NCBI GenBank assembly: GCA_963770835.1 | Contig: CAVYRH010000011.1 | Span: 1-64,000, forward strand | DNA: 64,000 bases | Direction of reading: 5' to 3' | Source of the DNA: an uncultured Pseudomonadota bacterium | GTDB lineage: Bacteria > Oederibacteriota > Muellerivitia > Muellerivitales > Muellerivitaceae | In this document: positions 30,605-40,388 of the stretch, piece by piece | Layout: each line of letters begins with the position of its first letter | Position numbering within the stretch: the first letter of the stretch is position 1 | Notes under the pieces: model-generated | Seen by the model: only the letters and a program-made list of their open reading frames with translations | Databases searched by the model: none | What the model was told of the DNA's origin: nothing | Made by a program: the position numbers and the translations under genes

Positions 30605-31279
30605 ATGAGATTGAGTGTGATTGTTCCGGCCTACCGGGAAGGGGAAGAAGCAGGTCTCCTCATCCATCTTTTATCCCGCCACCCCCTTGTTTTCGAGGTC
30701 GTTGTATCAGCCTTCGACTGCTCCCCTTCCTTTTACCGCGTTTTAAAAAGAATCACCAAAATCAAACAAGTGGAAGCTCCCAAACGGGGAAGGGGCGCGC
30801 AAATGAATTTCGGCGCGGCGGCCTCCAAGGGAGACCTCTTGTTGTTTCTCCACGCGGATAGCTACCCGGAACTGGGAGGCTTGGAGGAAATGGCTGGAAC
30901 CCTGAGACGAGGGGCATGGGTTGGAGGGGCATTTCGGCTGAAATTCAATCGCCGGGATTGGCGGTACCGCCTTAAGGCTTGGGGGGCCAACCTCCGGTCC
31001 AAAACCCTAGGGATGCCCTATGGGGACCAGGGATATTTTGTCCGCCGGGAAGTTTTTGAAAAATTGGGAGGGTACAAGAACCTTCCCCTTTTCGAGGACG
31101 TGGATTTTTTCGACCGGCTGAAAAAGGAAAAACCTTGGGTTTTACTGAGTTCGGCGGTTGTCACCTCGGCCCGTCGCTGGGAAAAGCAGGGTTATTGGAA
31201 GGCCACCCTCAAGAACACCCTTTGGATTGTTTTGTATAAGCTGGGAGTATCCCCGCATTGGCTAGCGAAGAGGTATTAG
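30605..31279 (+). CDS. GT2 glycosyltransferase (TIGR04283-like)
   Basis: GRG.QMN.GA, LFLHADS, PYGDQG, FEDV, TSARRW. Confidence 0.85.
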   Translation: MRLSVIVPAYREGEEAGLLIHLLSRHPLVFEVVVSAFDCSPSFYRVLKRITKIKQVEAPKRGRGAQMNFGAAASKGDLLLFLHADSYPELGGLEEMAGTLRRGAWVGGAFRLKFNRRDWRYRLKAWGANLRSKTLGMPYGDQGYFVRREVFEKLGGYKNLPLFEDVDFFDRLKKEKPWVLLSSAVVTSARRWEKQGYWKATLKNTLWIVLYKLGVSPHWLAKRY

Positions 31280-31417
31280 TTGTGTGGCCGGTTCGCTCAA
31301 AAGACTAAACCCAAAAAGATGGCCAAGGCTCTTGGGAAAAAGGTCAGTGTTGGAGGCGACATCGCTGAACGATTTGGCGAATTTGGCGGGCTCCAACTAA
31401 AATTTTCCGCCCTTTGA
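31280..31417 (+). pseudogene. Truncated SRAP (YedK/HMCES) fragment
   Basis: TTG start translates MCGRFAQKT..., the SRAP N-terminal signature, but stops after 45 aa. Confidence 0.5.
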
Positions 31418-31893
31418 CCCCAATCAAAATCTCTTCAAAAGTGCCACCCAACAGGACCAGACATTCCACCGGGTGGTGACATCGGATTCTGGTTCGGGCG
31501 GAACGGGAGCCGCCGGGAAAGCCGGAGTGGCATCGGGTTCAGGCTTGGAAGGGGATGGCGTCGTCATTTTCGACCCCAGCACCTATGACCCGGTCCGGCT
31601 TCAACGGGGATTGACCCTTCCCAAGAAGCCCATTGGTTACGTCAAGGTGGATGTCCCGGCCCATCAGCAAAAGGGCGGAATGCTCCAATGGAGGCTTGCC
31701 AACGGGTGGCTGGCTCAAAGTTCATGAAATTAGTCCTCTTAATCGTTCAGATCGTCCCCAAAAGGCCCGAATTTCAGGCCTTTTTGGTTTTGGGGTATTT
31801 TTCATGAGGGGGTTCACCGAAGGGGCCTTACCTCTCACTTAATTATGTGAGTTTAAGTTGCGGAAAAGCCTTTAAAAGCGACAAGTTTTCAAC

Positions 31894-31902
31894 TTATCCA
31901 CA
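31894..31902 (+). promoter_or_regulatory. DnaA-box consensus (single)
   Basis: TTATCCACA in an AT-rich intergenic region. Confidence 0.35.
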
Positions 31903-32298
31903 ACCCTTTGACAGGATTTGTAATAAAACCCCATCCCCTTGGGTTGGTTTACCTCAAAAGTGTCGTTTTCGGCTTGACGCTCCCTCTCATGAGGCTTTAT
32001 AGTTTGCCAGTTGCGTTAGGAATCCCTGGTTTTTATCAATTTGATTCAATTGGCCGTTAAAACCGGGGTAGTTTGGCGCAAGTTTCGTGAGAAGCGGGGC
32101 TTGCGGTCTTCGAGGGTGGCTTTTTTTGGGAAGCGGCCCACGCTCGGTTTATTCTTCGGTTGTCAGGACCCCTGGCAAGGGTTCAGGAGCAAGTTGGTTT
32201 GGGAATGCACTCGACCCTGAGGAGTGCAACCCGAAAAGGCTAAAAAGGCCGGTTTTCCCCTGAGGTACCGGCCTAAAAAAGCTAAAGGAGAGAGAAGA

Positions 32299-33900
32299 AT
32301 GAAGAAATTTTTTGCGCTGTTCGCAGTTTGCTTCATGGTTTTGGGTGCGAAGTGGGCCATGGCCGACTCGCGCACGGATTCCTTGGGGTTGACGCCTGGT
32401 CAACAGGTGGACGACCTGGATTCCATTTGGTTGTATCCCCAGAATGCCGCTAATTTCGGCAACTTGGTGGACAACCGGTTGGGCACCTCGGCTAATTCAG
32501 CGGTTCTGACCCCCACTAACGATTGGTTCGGGATCATTGCCCAGGAATGGCCGGACTTGGGTTATATCGGCGTTTACACCAACCGTCCTTTTGACCAATC
32601 CAACGGGATTGTTCCGTCTTCGAACCCGGCGGATCAATTCGGCATTTTGGATGGCTCATTCGGGACTTGGGATGTCGCACTTAGCCCTTTCTCCACTTTT
32701 ACCAATGCCATTGCTGATAATGGCGGCCATATTACCGCGACCTATGTTCCCCATGCCTTGGCTTTAGTTATCGCGAATCCGGAAAACAAACTGGATGCCT
32801 TCTGGGCCAAGAGCTTCAGCGATGCAACCCTCGGCGTGCATGTGAACTATGCCAGCCAGAACGGCGGGAACATTTCCAACAGCGAAACTTACGTGGCAAA
32901 TCCTCCAGCGGCTGGTTCTTACCTCACGACCACGAACAATGCCTATACCGGTGTTCTGGGCATCGACCTGGGCCTCGGGGTGAAAAACTTCATCCTCTGG
33001 GACAACTTGGATTTAGGCGTAGGTTATTCCATGGGTTCGGTGAACTACAGCTCGGTGTATAACCAAGAGAACACCGCCCAAAACGCAACCGTCGCCACGA
33101 CTGACTATACGGAAAAGGACCACGGGGTTGATGAGATCCGGGTGAATGGCTTGGGAGTGTCGAAGATTTCGGACACCACCAGCGGCCGCACTTACCTCAA
33201 CATCCGTATAGATAACTTGGGCGTCAATTCTACCACGAATACAACGACCCTCGGTGGGGTCAACAACAACGCGGGGGACCAAGTCGCCCAGACCAACGCT
33301 TATAGCGACACCAACATCAACCTGGGTTATGCCTTGGACCACAAGGTGTTGGATGGCAAGGCCTTGGTGATCGCCTCCTTGACCGGCATTTTTGATGACC
33401 GCAAATGGACCTATTCGAACCTCACTAACGCCGGGGGCAGCACCAGCGAAACCCAGCTCGGCGCAAACTCAGGTGAGAGCGAAGAGTTATCCGCCATTTT
33501 GATTCCCTTCAACGTGGCCATTGAAACGCCTTTGTTCGATTGGATGAAAGCTCGCATCGGCCTTTCCAAGAATATCTTCGTGTCCGCCACGGAAAAGATC
33601 GTCCAGCCGACGAATATCAACGGCGCTGGGACAGCTTTTCAGACCAACAATGTCGGGCAGGAAAGTGAGGATCCCGGCACGTTGTACCAAAATATCAACA
33701 CGTTTGCTGGAGTCGGGATGAGCTTCTCGAATTTCACCCTGGACTTCCAGATAAACCCGACCAACTTGCTGACGGCGCTCAATGGCTTGGCTCCCGGCGA
33801 TGGTCTTATTTACGGGCAAAGCACCTCCGGCCAGAACAATTCGGTTATCAACCAACTGTGGACGACGATCGCGCAATTTGATATGCGCTACGCTTTCTAA
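32299..33900 (+). CDS. Probable major outer-membrane beta-barrel protein
   Basis: Signal peptide ending AMA, Asn/Thr/Gly-rich amphipathic strands, C-terminal DMRYAF, strong RBS and own terminator. Confidence 0.75.
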   Translation: MKKFFALFAVCFMVLGAKWAMADSRTDSLGLTPGQQVDDLDSIWLYPQNAANFGNLVDNRLGTSANSAVLTPTNDWFGIIAQEWPDLGYIGVYTNRPFDQSNGIVPSSNPADQFGILDGSFGTWDVALSPFSTFTNAIADNGGHITATYVPHALALVIANPENKLDAFWAKSFSDATLGVHVNYASQNGGNISNSETYVANPPAAGSYLTTTNNAYTGVLGIDLGLGVKNFILWDNLDLGVGYSMGSVNYSSVYNQENTAQNATVATTDYTEKDHGVDEIRVNGLGVSKISDTTSGRTYLNIRIDNLGVNSTTNTTTLGGVNNNAGDQVAQTNAYSDTNINLGYALDHKVLDGKALVIASLTGIFDDRKWTYSNLTNAGGSTSETQLGANSGESEELSAILIPFNVAIETPLFDWMKARIGLSKNIFVSATEKIVQPTNINGAGTAFQTNNVGQESEDPGTLYQNINTFAGVGMSFSNFTLDFQINPTNLLTALNGLAPGDGLIYGQSTSGQNNSVINQLWTTIAQFDMRYAF

Positions 33901-33917
33901 GATTGTTGTGTAGAATG

Positions 33918-33952
33918 ACCCCGCCCCTGAATAAGGGGCGGGGTTTTTTTTT
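33918..33952 (+). terminator. Intrinsic terminator
   Basis: ACCCCGCCCCT-GAATA-AGGGGCGGGGT followed by a T run. Confidence 0.9.
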
Positions 33953-33971
33953 GCCCGCAAAGGAAATGAAA

Positions 33972-34778
33972 ATGAAGAAACCGCTTAAAATTCTAGCTTT
34001 CATGATGCTCGCTACCCTGTTGGGCGGGCCATTGGCTTATGCCGCGGATGAAACCCCAATGGCAGGTGATGACAGCCTGGAAGTTGAGAAGTTGAAATTA
34101 CAAATTGAAGAACTCAAACTGGAAAATCAAAGGTTGCAACTTCAAATAAAAACCATGCAATTGGGCACTACCGCCGGAAATCCTACGACTCTTCCCTCGA
34201 CCCCAACTGTTACCCCTACCCCCGTTGACAAGGGTGGAAAGAAAATTGCGAAGGACATGGCGGAAAAAGCCGAAGCCTTGGCGCAACAATATGCCTCCGA
34301 CGACCATAAGGTGGTTTTGGATTTTTCCAACGGGGTGATGTACTACAAGGGCGCCCATTACGACATCATGGATTTCAACGGTCTTTGTGAAGACCAAAAA
34401 TGGGGTGTGAAACCCAAGTTCGTCAAGTATGACATCGCAGGCGACAGCATGTACCGTTACCAGTACGACAACATGTCCTTGAACCGGTACGACGCCCAAA
34501 CACTCGGGGTTTTTACGTTTGAGGCGCCCCGAAATGACGGCGATTTCACCTTTGTCACGCCGGAAACCGTGACGGAAACTTCCCGGTTCTATGATTTCAG
34601 GAACGATTTTGAGACGGCTTATTTCAAATTCTCGGAAGAACGCAAACAAGACGGCTACCGGGTGATCCGGTTCAGGCACTATGTCGACTTCCTGGGATTC
34701 GACGATGTCCTTGAATTTTGGTTCGATACCAAGGACAATTTCGCGAAATTGAAATGGGGAACGTTGGACAAGAAGTAA
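33972..34778 (+). CDS. Hypothetical secreted protein
   Basis: Signal peptide (AYA), coiled coil, PT-rich linker, globular C-domain. Confidence 0.7.
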   Translation: MKKPLKILAFMMLATLLGGPLAYAADETPMAGDDSLEVEKLKLQIEELKLENQRLQLQIKTMQLGTTAGNPTTLPSTPTVTPTPVDKGGKKIAKDMAEKAEALAQQYASDDHKVVLDFSNGVMYYKGAHYDIMDFNGLCEDQKWGVKPKFVKYDIAGDSMYRYQYDNMSLNRYDAQTLGVFTFEAPRNDGDFTFVTPETVTETSRFYDFRNDFETAYFKFSEERKQDGYRVIRFRHYVDFLGFDDVLEFWFDTKDNFAKLKWGTLDKK

Positions 34779-34814
34779 CATCATCAAGCCGTAACAATAA
34801 TTAAGGAGAAGACC

Positions 34815-35150
34815 ATGGATTCTGTTTACGCTCAAACAACCACACAAACGGCCCCGGCCAAGCCGGTCCCGGGGGCGGGTTCGCCTGCCGCAGGGATCAT
34901 TTCGTTCGCGCCGTTCATCGCCATCATGATTTTGTTTTATTTCCTGATGATTTACCCCCAAAGTAAAGAGAAGAAGAAAAAGGAAGAGATGCTGGGTGGT
35001 ATCCAGCGGGGCGATCGGGTTTTAACCCGGGGAGGCATCTACGGCACGGTGGCCGACATCAAGGAACAAATCTTGATCCTGAAAATCAGCGAAAACAGCA
35101 AGGTGGAAGTGGACCGCGCCTTTGTCGAAACAGTTCAAAAACAATCTTAA
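34815..35150 (+). CDS. yajC: Preprotein translocase subunit YajC
   Basis: FYFLMI.PQ.K, GD.V.T.GGIYGTV. Confidence 0.92.
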   Translation: MDSVYAQTTTQTAPAKPVPGAGSPAAGIISFAPFIAIMILFYFLMIYPQSKEKKKKEEMLGGIQRGDRVLTRGGIYGTVADIKEQILILKISENSKVEVDRAFVETVQKQS

Positions 35151-35562
35151 AAAAGTTGAAAAATCCGTAAAAGGATCGCTAACCCCTTTTGTTCTTTTGG
35201 CTAACGGCTGCGTATTTGACCGCCCGGGCCTTAAGACGGAGAGCAGGGAAACCAGGGGTTTTCGTCCGGGGAAATCCGAACTTACCGAATTCGTAGTATT
35301 CCCGTTAAACTCAACTTGTTGAAAATCATATGCAGATTTGACAAAAAGCTCTCGAATTCTTCCGTGGAAAAGCGGTTTCTGATTTAGGTCTTTTTAAAAT
35401 AGTTTTGAAATTCAGGTTTTTGCTAAGACTAATATTTGTCAACGCTGTTTGGCCAATCCAATTATCAACCGGGAAAATAAAATGGGCGGGGGATATTTGA
35501 GATATAATTTCCCTAGCCCTCGTGATCCGGCCAAAACCAACCTATGAGGCGATCGGAATTCA

Positions 35563-36105
35563 ATGAATGAAATTATGACGGCCCAGGAATTATCGACTTA
35601 CCTGAAGATCACTACCACCACCATCTACAAATTGGCCCAACAGGGCGAGATTCCCTCCTTTAAAATTGGAAGTGAATGGCGCTTCAAGAAAGAGCTGGTC
35701 GACCGCTGGCTAGAAAACGGGGCGGGACACGCTCCCCGGAAAGTCCTCATCGTGGATGATGAACCGGCCATCTGCGAGCTTTACAAGCGCGCCCTGGACC
35801 GAAAAAAATTTGTTGTGGAATCCGTCAATTCCGGCCAAGAGGCTGTGCAAGCCGCCAGCCAAAGCAGTTACGACTTTATCTTCCTGGACTTGAAGATGCC
35901 GGGAATGAACGGCGTGGAGACCTTCAAGGAACTCAAAAAGATGGGGCTCCGGGCCCTGGTCGTCATCGTCACGGCCTATCCCGACAGCGAACTCTTGAGC
36001 GAAGCCATGAAACTGGGGCCATTGACGGTCATTTTGAAGCCTTTTGACCTCAACGAAATCCAGCGGGCGGTGGAATCGCTCGTTTTAATGACAACCCGGG
36101 CCTAA
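35563..36105 (+). CDS. Excisionase-type HTH fused to a receiver domain
   Basis: MT.QEL..YLKI...TIYKL...GEIP..KIG..WRF; LIVDDE, LDLKMPG, KPF. Confidence 0.85.
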   Translation: MNEIMTAQELSTYLKITTTTIYKLAQQGEIPSFKIGSEWRFKKELVDRWLENGAGHAPRKVLIVDDEPAICELYKRALDRKKFVVESVNSGQEAVQAASQSSYDFIFLDLKMPGMNGVETFKELKKMGLRALVVIVTAYPDSELLSEAMKLGPLTVILKPFDLNEIQRAVESLVLMTTRA

Positions 36106-36266
36106 AAACAGTCGGCAGCCGGCAGTTCTCAGTTGGCAGAAAACCAATGTCCTACGGCACCTAAAATTCAACTTCGAATCTTTCTTTCAACATTCCAAAA
36201 ATTCTAACTACCCATTTACAATATTCCTTTTTATTGGACAAAGTAAGAATCTGGAGCCATTGAACC

Positions 36267-37700
36267 ATGAAGGGCCTCACTGAAATCTTGGGAACGCCGT
36301 TGGACCTCCAAACCGGAGGCGTGTCCGGCAAGTCCCTGGATTTTGCCGGGCTTTGGGAACAATGGGTTGAAGAGGGCCCGGCTGTTCTCTTGGAAAGCGC
36401 GGGCGCCTTGGGCGATGCGAACCAGTGGCTGATTCTGGCGGGAGTGCCCGAGAGTGAGTTCTTTGAGAGCAGCGGGAAGGCCTTGTGGAAGGATTCCTCA
36501 GGCGTCCACCCGGCCTCTTTCGACTTTTGGGAGTTTGCGGATCGTATAGGCCACGCCCAGGCGAATTTTTCAAACCTCCCTTCCTGCCTTTCTTCGGCAT
36601 GGTTCGGCGTCCTGAGTTACGATTTCGGGAAGAAATTCAGCCGAAAAGAAAAACAAAATTTTCACCACCAAGACACCAAGAACAGCATTTTCTTGGGAAA
36701 TTCAAAAACTGAAAAACCTTTGGAAACCCCTGATTTTTATTTTTTCAAGCCCTCCCGCCTTGTGATGCTTAACCGACGGACCAAGGAAAGTTTTTTCTTT
36801 GGGCAGGGATCCTGCGAAGTTTCGAAAAATCCGGACTCATCCCGGGCTCCTTTCCAAGTCCGGAATCTTCAGGGCTTTTCCCAACTCGCCCAATACGAAT
36901 CCAGGGTCCGCCGCGCCCAGGAATACATCGCCCAGGGCGACATCTACCAGGCCAATCTAGCCCAAGTTTTCCAAGCCCAGTGGGAGGGAAGCGCCGGAAC
37001 CCTTTACCGGATCCTTCGCGAAATGAACCCGGGACCCTTCATGGGCCTTTTCCGGGGAGAGGATTTCACGGTGGTTTCTTCCTCGCCCGAACGCCTGATC
37101 GCGGGCCGGGGAAATTGGCTGGAAACCCGCCCCATCGCGGGAACGCGGCCGCGCGGCAAGGACGGGCCGGAGGACTTGCGAATGAAGGTTGAATTGAAAA
37201 CCAACGCGAAGGAACAAGCGGAGCATTTGATGCTGGTGGATTTGGCCCGGAACGACTTAGGCCGGGTTTCCCGTTATGGAACGGTTGAGGTCGAGAAATA
37301 CGCCGAGATCGAATCCTACGCCCGGGTCCATCATTTAGTATCCAACGTGTGCTCCCAAAAACGCCCTACCGCCGCCCTTTCGGAGGTGTTAAGGTCCCTT
37401 TTTCCCGGGGGCACCATCACGGGCTGCCCTAAAATACGATGCATGGAAATCATTGAGGAATTGGAGGGCCGATCCCGGGGATTTTACACCGGGAGCATGG
37501 GATATCTGGCGCCGGGGCCCTGTTTTGATTTCAACATCCTCATCCGCAGTTTCACCCTCTTTTCCAATGGAACACTGGAATTCCAAGCAGGCGCCGGTAT
37601 CGTGGCTGATTCCGACCCGAAACGGGAATACTTGGAGACCCTTTACAAGGTGGAAGCCCTGGCCCAGGCTTTGGGCACTTCCTTATTGCAAAACCCATGA
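36267..37700 (+). CDS. pabB: Aminodeoxychorismate synthase component I (PabB/TrpE family)
   Basis: LLES, GDIYQANL, SSPER, PIAGTR, LVDLARNDLG, FPGGTITGCPK. Confidence 0.85.
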   Translation: MKGLTEILGTPLDLQTGGVSGKSLDFAGLWEQWVEEGPAVLLESAGALGDANQWLILAGVPESEFFESSGKALWKDSSGVHPASFDFWEFADRIGHAQANFSNLPSCLSSAWFGVLSYDFGKKFSRKEKQNFHHQDTKNSIFLGNSKTEKPLETPDFYFFKPSRLVMLNRRTKESFFFGQGSCEVSKNPDSSRAPFQVRNLQGFSQLAQYESRVRRAQEYIAQGDIYQANLAQVFQAQWEGSAGTLYRILREMNPGPFMGLFRGEDFTVVSSSPERLIAGRGNWLETRPIAGTRPRGKDGPEDLRMKVELKTNAKEQAEHLMLVDLARNDLGRVSRYGTVEVEKYAEIESYARVHHLVSNVCSQKRPTAALSEVLRSLFPGGTITGCPKIRCMEIIEELEGRSRGFYTGSMGYLAPGPCFDFNILIRSFTLFSNGTLEFQAGAGIVADSDPKREYLETLYKVEALAQALGTSLLQNP

Positions 37701-38554
37701 GCAGTCACCTTTTCCTTGACGACCGGCTGATCCTGATCCGCCAGGCCAAGATTTCTCCCTTAAATACTGCGATTCTCTATGGGGAAGGACTTTTTGAGAC
37801 CCTGCCTGTTTACCATGGCAAACCGCTTTTCTTCCGGGAACACCTGGACCGCTTGGAAAAAGGCTGCCGGTTCTTAGGCTGGAGGGCTCCCCCACGGACA
37901 TTATTCGAAAAAGCCATCCGGCTTTACGCGGCCCAAAATACCAGCCACTTTGCCATCCGGTTCAGCTTGGTCCAAGAACTGGACCCACCCGCCAGCCCCC
38001 GGCAATTTTCACGGAAGTCCCCCCGATTCCTGGCAATGATCCGCCCCTTAAGGCACCAGCCGGAAGACTTTAACCCTCCCATGGGCCGGGCGGGGGTAAG
38101 CCCGTGGACGGTCCCCGGCCCTTCGGCTGTGCCCGGACAGTTCAAATGGATTTTCTATATGATGATCCGGCAGGATTTCAGGCGGCATCCTCAGTGGGAT
38201 GAAATGCTTCGATTGAATGAAAAAGGGTTTGTCGTAGACGGCGGAAGTGCCGCCCCCCTTTGGGCCCTGGATGGCGCGGTTTACGCTCCGCCCCTGAGCG
38301 AAGGTGGATTGGAAAGTGTGACAAGAGGAAAGGTCCTGGAACTTTGCCGGTTGCTCAAGATTCCAGTGGTGGAGAAAGCATGGCGGCCTTCAGACGTTCT
38401 CAAAAAGGGCGAATTATTTTTCACCGGATCAGGGGTGGGGGTCCTTGGGATATCCCACGTGATGGGGAAGAGTCTTCGACGGGCCAATCCCATCACCTTA
38501 CGCTTGTGGCAACATTACCGGGACTTCGTTTTTCAAAAAGCTTCTTTTGAGTAA
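37697..38554 (+). CDS. pabC: Class IV aminotransferase-family protein, probable ADC lyase
   Basis: YGEGLFET, EHLDRL, L.SVTR; translationally coupled to pabB. Confidence 0.75.
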   Translation: MSSHLFLDDRLILIRQAKISPLNTAILYGEGLFETLPVYHGKPLFFREHLDRLEKGCRFLGWRAPPRTLFEKAIRLYAAQNTSHFAIRFSLVQELDPPASPRQFSRKSPRFLAMIRPLRHQPEDFNPPMGRAGVSPWTVPGPSAVPGQFKWIFYMMIRQDFRRHPQWDEMLRLNEKGFVVDGGSAAPLWALDGAVYAPPLSEGGLESVTRGKVLELCRLLKIPVVEKAWRPSDVLKKGELFFTGSGVGVLGISHVMGKSLRRANPITLRLWQHYRDFVFQKASFE

Positions 38555-38759
38555 AGCACGAGACACAAAGACGCCAAGAAAAGCTTTTTTCCGCAACACC
38601 AAGTCAGAAAAACAGCTTTCAGACATACCCTGAAGTTTTTCGACTAATTTAAATTGTCCCAGTCGAATCCGGGGTTAGAATATCGACGATCCACCCGCTT
38701 TATCCTTTGTTCTGAATAAAAACAGGGCCCCAATCAACCGCTGGTTCCAAGGAGGCGTT

Positions 38760-39611
38760 ATGGCTTTAATATTGGATGGGAATGCCGTTTCCAAAGCTGT
38801 ACAGGAAAAAATAGCCGTGGAATTTGAAAAGATGAAACCAACCGGCCAAAGGCCGGGTTTGGCAGTGGTTCTTGTCGGGGATGATCCGGGGTCGGTAATT
38901 TACGTGGGCCGCAAGAAAAAGGCCTGTCAATCCCTCGGGTTTTATTCAGAAGAGTACAAACTGCCGAAGGAAACTTCCCAGGATGAATTGTTGAAACTCG
39001 TCCAATCCCTTAACCAAAACCCCAAGATCCACGGCATCCTCGTCCAGCTGCCCCTGCCCAGCCATTTGAACCCACAAAAAGTCATCGAGTCCATTGATCC
39101 CCGCAAGGACGTGGACGGCATGCATCCTTTCAGCTTGGGGAAGCTGGTGGCGGGGCTCCCGGGTTTGAGGTCCTGTACACCCGCCGGCGTCATGGCCATG
39201 CTGGATCACTATAAGATTCCCGTGGCGGGGAAGAGGGCGGTCGTTATCGGCCGAAGCATCATGGTGGGGAAACCCATGGCCCAGCTTTTGATCGAAGCCA
39301 ATGCCACCGTCACCGTTTGCCACAGCAAAACCCAGGATATCGGCGGGGTGGTGCGGGAAGCGGATTTGGTGGTGGCGGCCATGGGAAAACCCCGTTTCGT
39401 AAAGGGAAATATGGTTAAAGAAGGTGCGGTGGTGGTGGATGTGGGGATTAACCGCACCCCCGAAGGTAAACTGGTAGGCGACGTGGATTTCGATGCCGTG
39501 GCCCCTAAGGCTTCCGCCATTACACCGGTCCCGGGCGGAGTGGGGCCCATGACCATCGCGCTGCTTATGAAAAACACCTATCAGGCTTTTCTGGAACAAA
39601 CAGGGCTCTAA
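38760..39611 (+). CDS. folD: Methylene-THF dehydrogenase/cyclohydrolase
   Basis: GILVQLPLP, KDVDG, VGKP, TPVPGGVGPMT. Confidence 0.95.
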   Translation: MALILDGNAVSKAVQEKIAVEFEKMKPTGQRPGLAVVLVGDDPGSVIYVGRKKKACQSLGFYSEEYKLPKETSQDELLKLVQSLNQNPKIHGILVQLPLPSHLNPQKVIESIDPRKDVDGMHPFSLGKLVAGLPGLRSCTPAGVMAMLDHYKIPVAGKRAVVIGRSIMVGKPMAQLLIEANATVTVCHSKTQDIGGVVREADLVVAAMGKPRFVKGNMVKEGAVVVDVGINRTPEGKLVGDVDFDAVAPKASAITPVPGGVGPMTIALLMKNTYQAFLEQTGL

Positions 39612-39728
39612 AATCGTTTATTAAGTATCGTTTTATGATATCTAAGTAAAGTCCAATGTTCTCCGTTTTCGGTAAAGGGACTTTTTTATTGGAAATCGTG
39701 GCTACTAATAACCCTCCATGGATTTGGC

Positions 39729-40334
39729 ATGAAACAACCCCTTAAAATTGGCCTCACCGGTGGTATCGGTGCAGGTAAAAGCCTCGTTCTGGAATTCCTT
39801 CAGGAAAAAGGGATTCCTGTCTTACAAACCGACCACCTGGGGCACCAACTCCTTGGCGAAAAGGAATTTTCCAAGTCCATTGTCCGGCATTTCGGAAAAA
39901 GAATTTTAGGAAGTGGCGGAATAATTGACCGGAAAAAATTAGGGCAAGTGGTTTTCAATCAGCCCACGAAACGTGAAAAATTAAACAGGTTGCTGCATCC
40001 GGAGATTTTACGACGGGTGGAGAAATGGGCCCGGCATCAGGCCCGAAAGGTTCCGCGCGCTCTCTTGCTCGTGGTGGAAGTACCGCTGCTCTTTGAAAGC
40101 GGTTCGGATCGGCTATTCGACGGGATACTTTCCGTATCCGCTCCCCTTGATTTAAGGCGAAAACGGCTTTTAAAAAGGGGTTTGGACCTTACGGAAATCA
40201 AACGAAGGGAGAAATCCCAATGGTCCCAAACACGGAAAAACCGGGCGGCCGATTGGGTTATTTTCAACCCAAGAGGTCGAAAAGAACTAAAATACGCCGT
40301 TAACCGCTGGTTGGACTCGATGAAAAAAGCTTGA
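39729..40334 (+). CDS. coaE: Dephospho-CoA kinase
   Basis: IGLTGGIGAGKS, IDRKKLG..VF, LLHP, EVPLLFE. Confidence 0.92.
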   Translation: MKQPLKIGLTGGIGAGKSLVLEFLQEKGIPVLQTDHLGHQLLGEKEFSKSIVRHFGKRILGSGGIIDRKKLGQVVFNQPTKREKLNRLLHPEILRRVEKWARHQARKVPRALLLVVEVPLLFESGSDRLFDGILSVSAPLDLRRKRLLKRGLDLTEIKRREKSQWSQTRKNRAADWVIFNPRGRKELKYAVNRWLDSMKKA

Positions 40335-40388
40335 TGATTCGGTGGGGAAACTGGTTTTGAACCGGAAAGGTTTTTAAGAAGCTCTACG

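Noticed and set aside
31800..32050. oriC
   Set aside because: Only one perfect DnaA box, no dnaA or dnaN nearby, and gene orientation does not switch.
35215..35232. GACCGCCCGGGC resembling the 3' end of a ZTP riboswitch
   Set aside because: The 5' aptamer half is absent and it is not directly upstream of a folate or purine gene.
38600..38759. THF or ZTP riboswitch ahead of folD
   Set aside because: No recognisable aptamer consensus.
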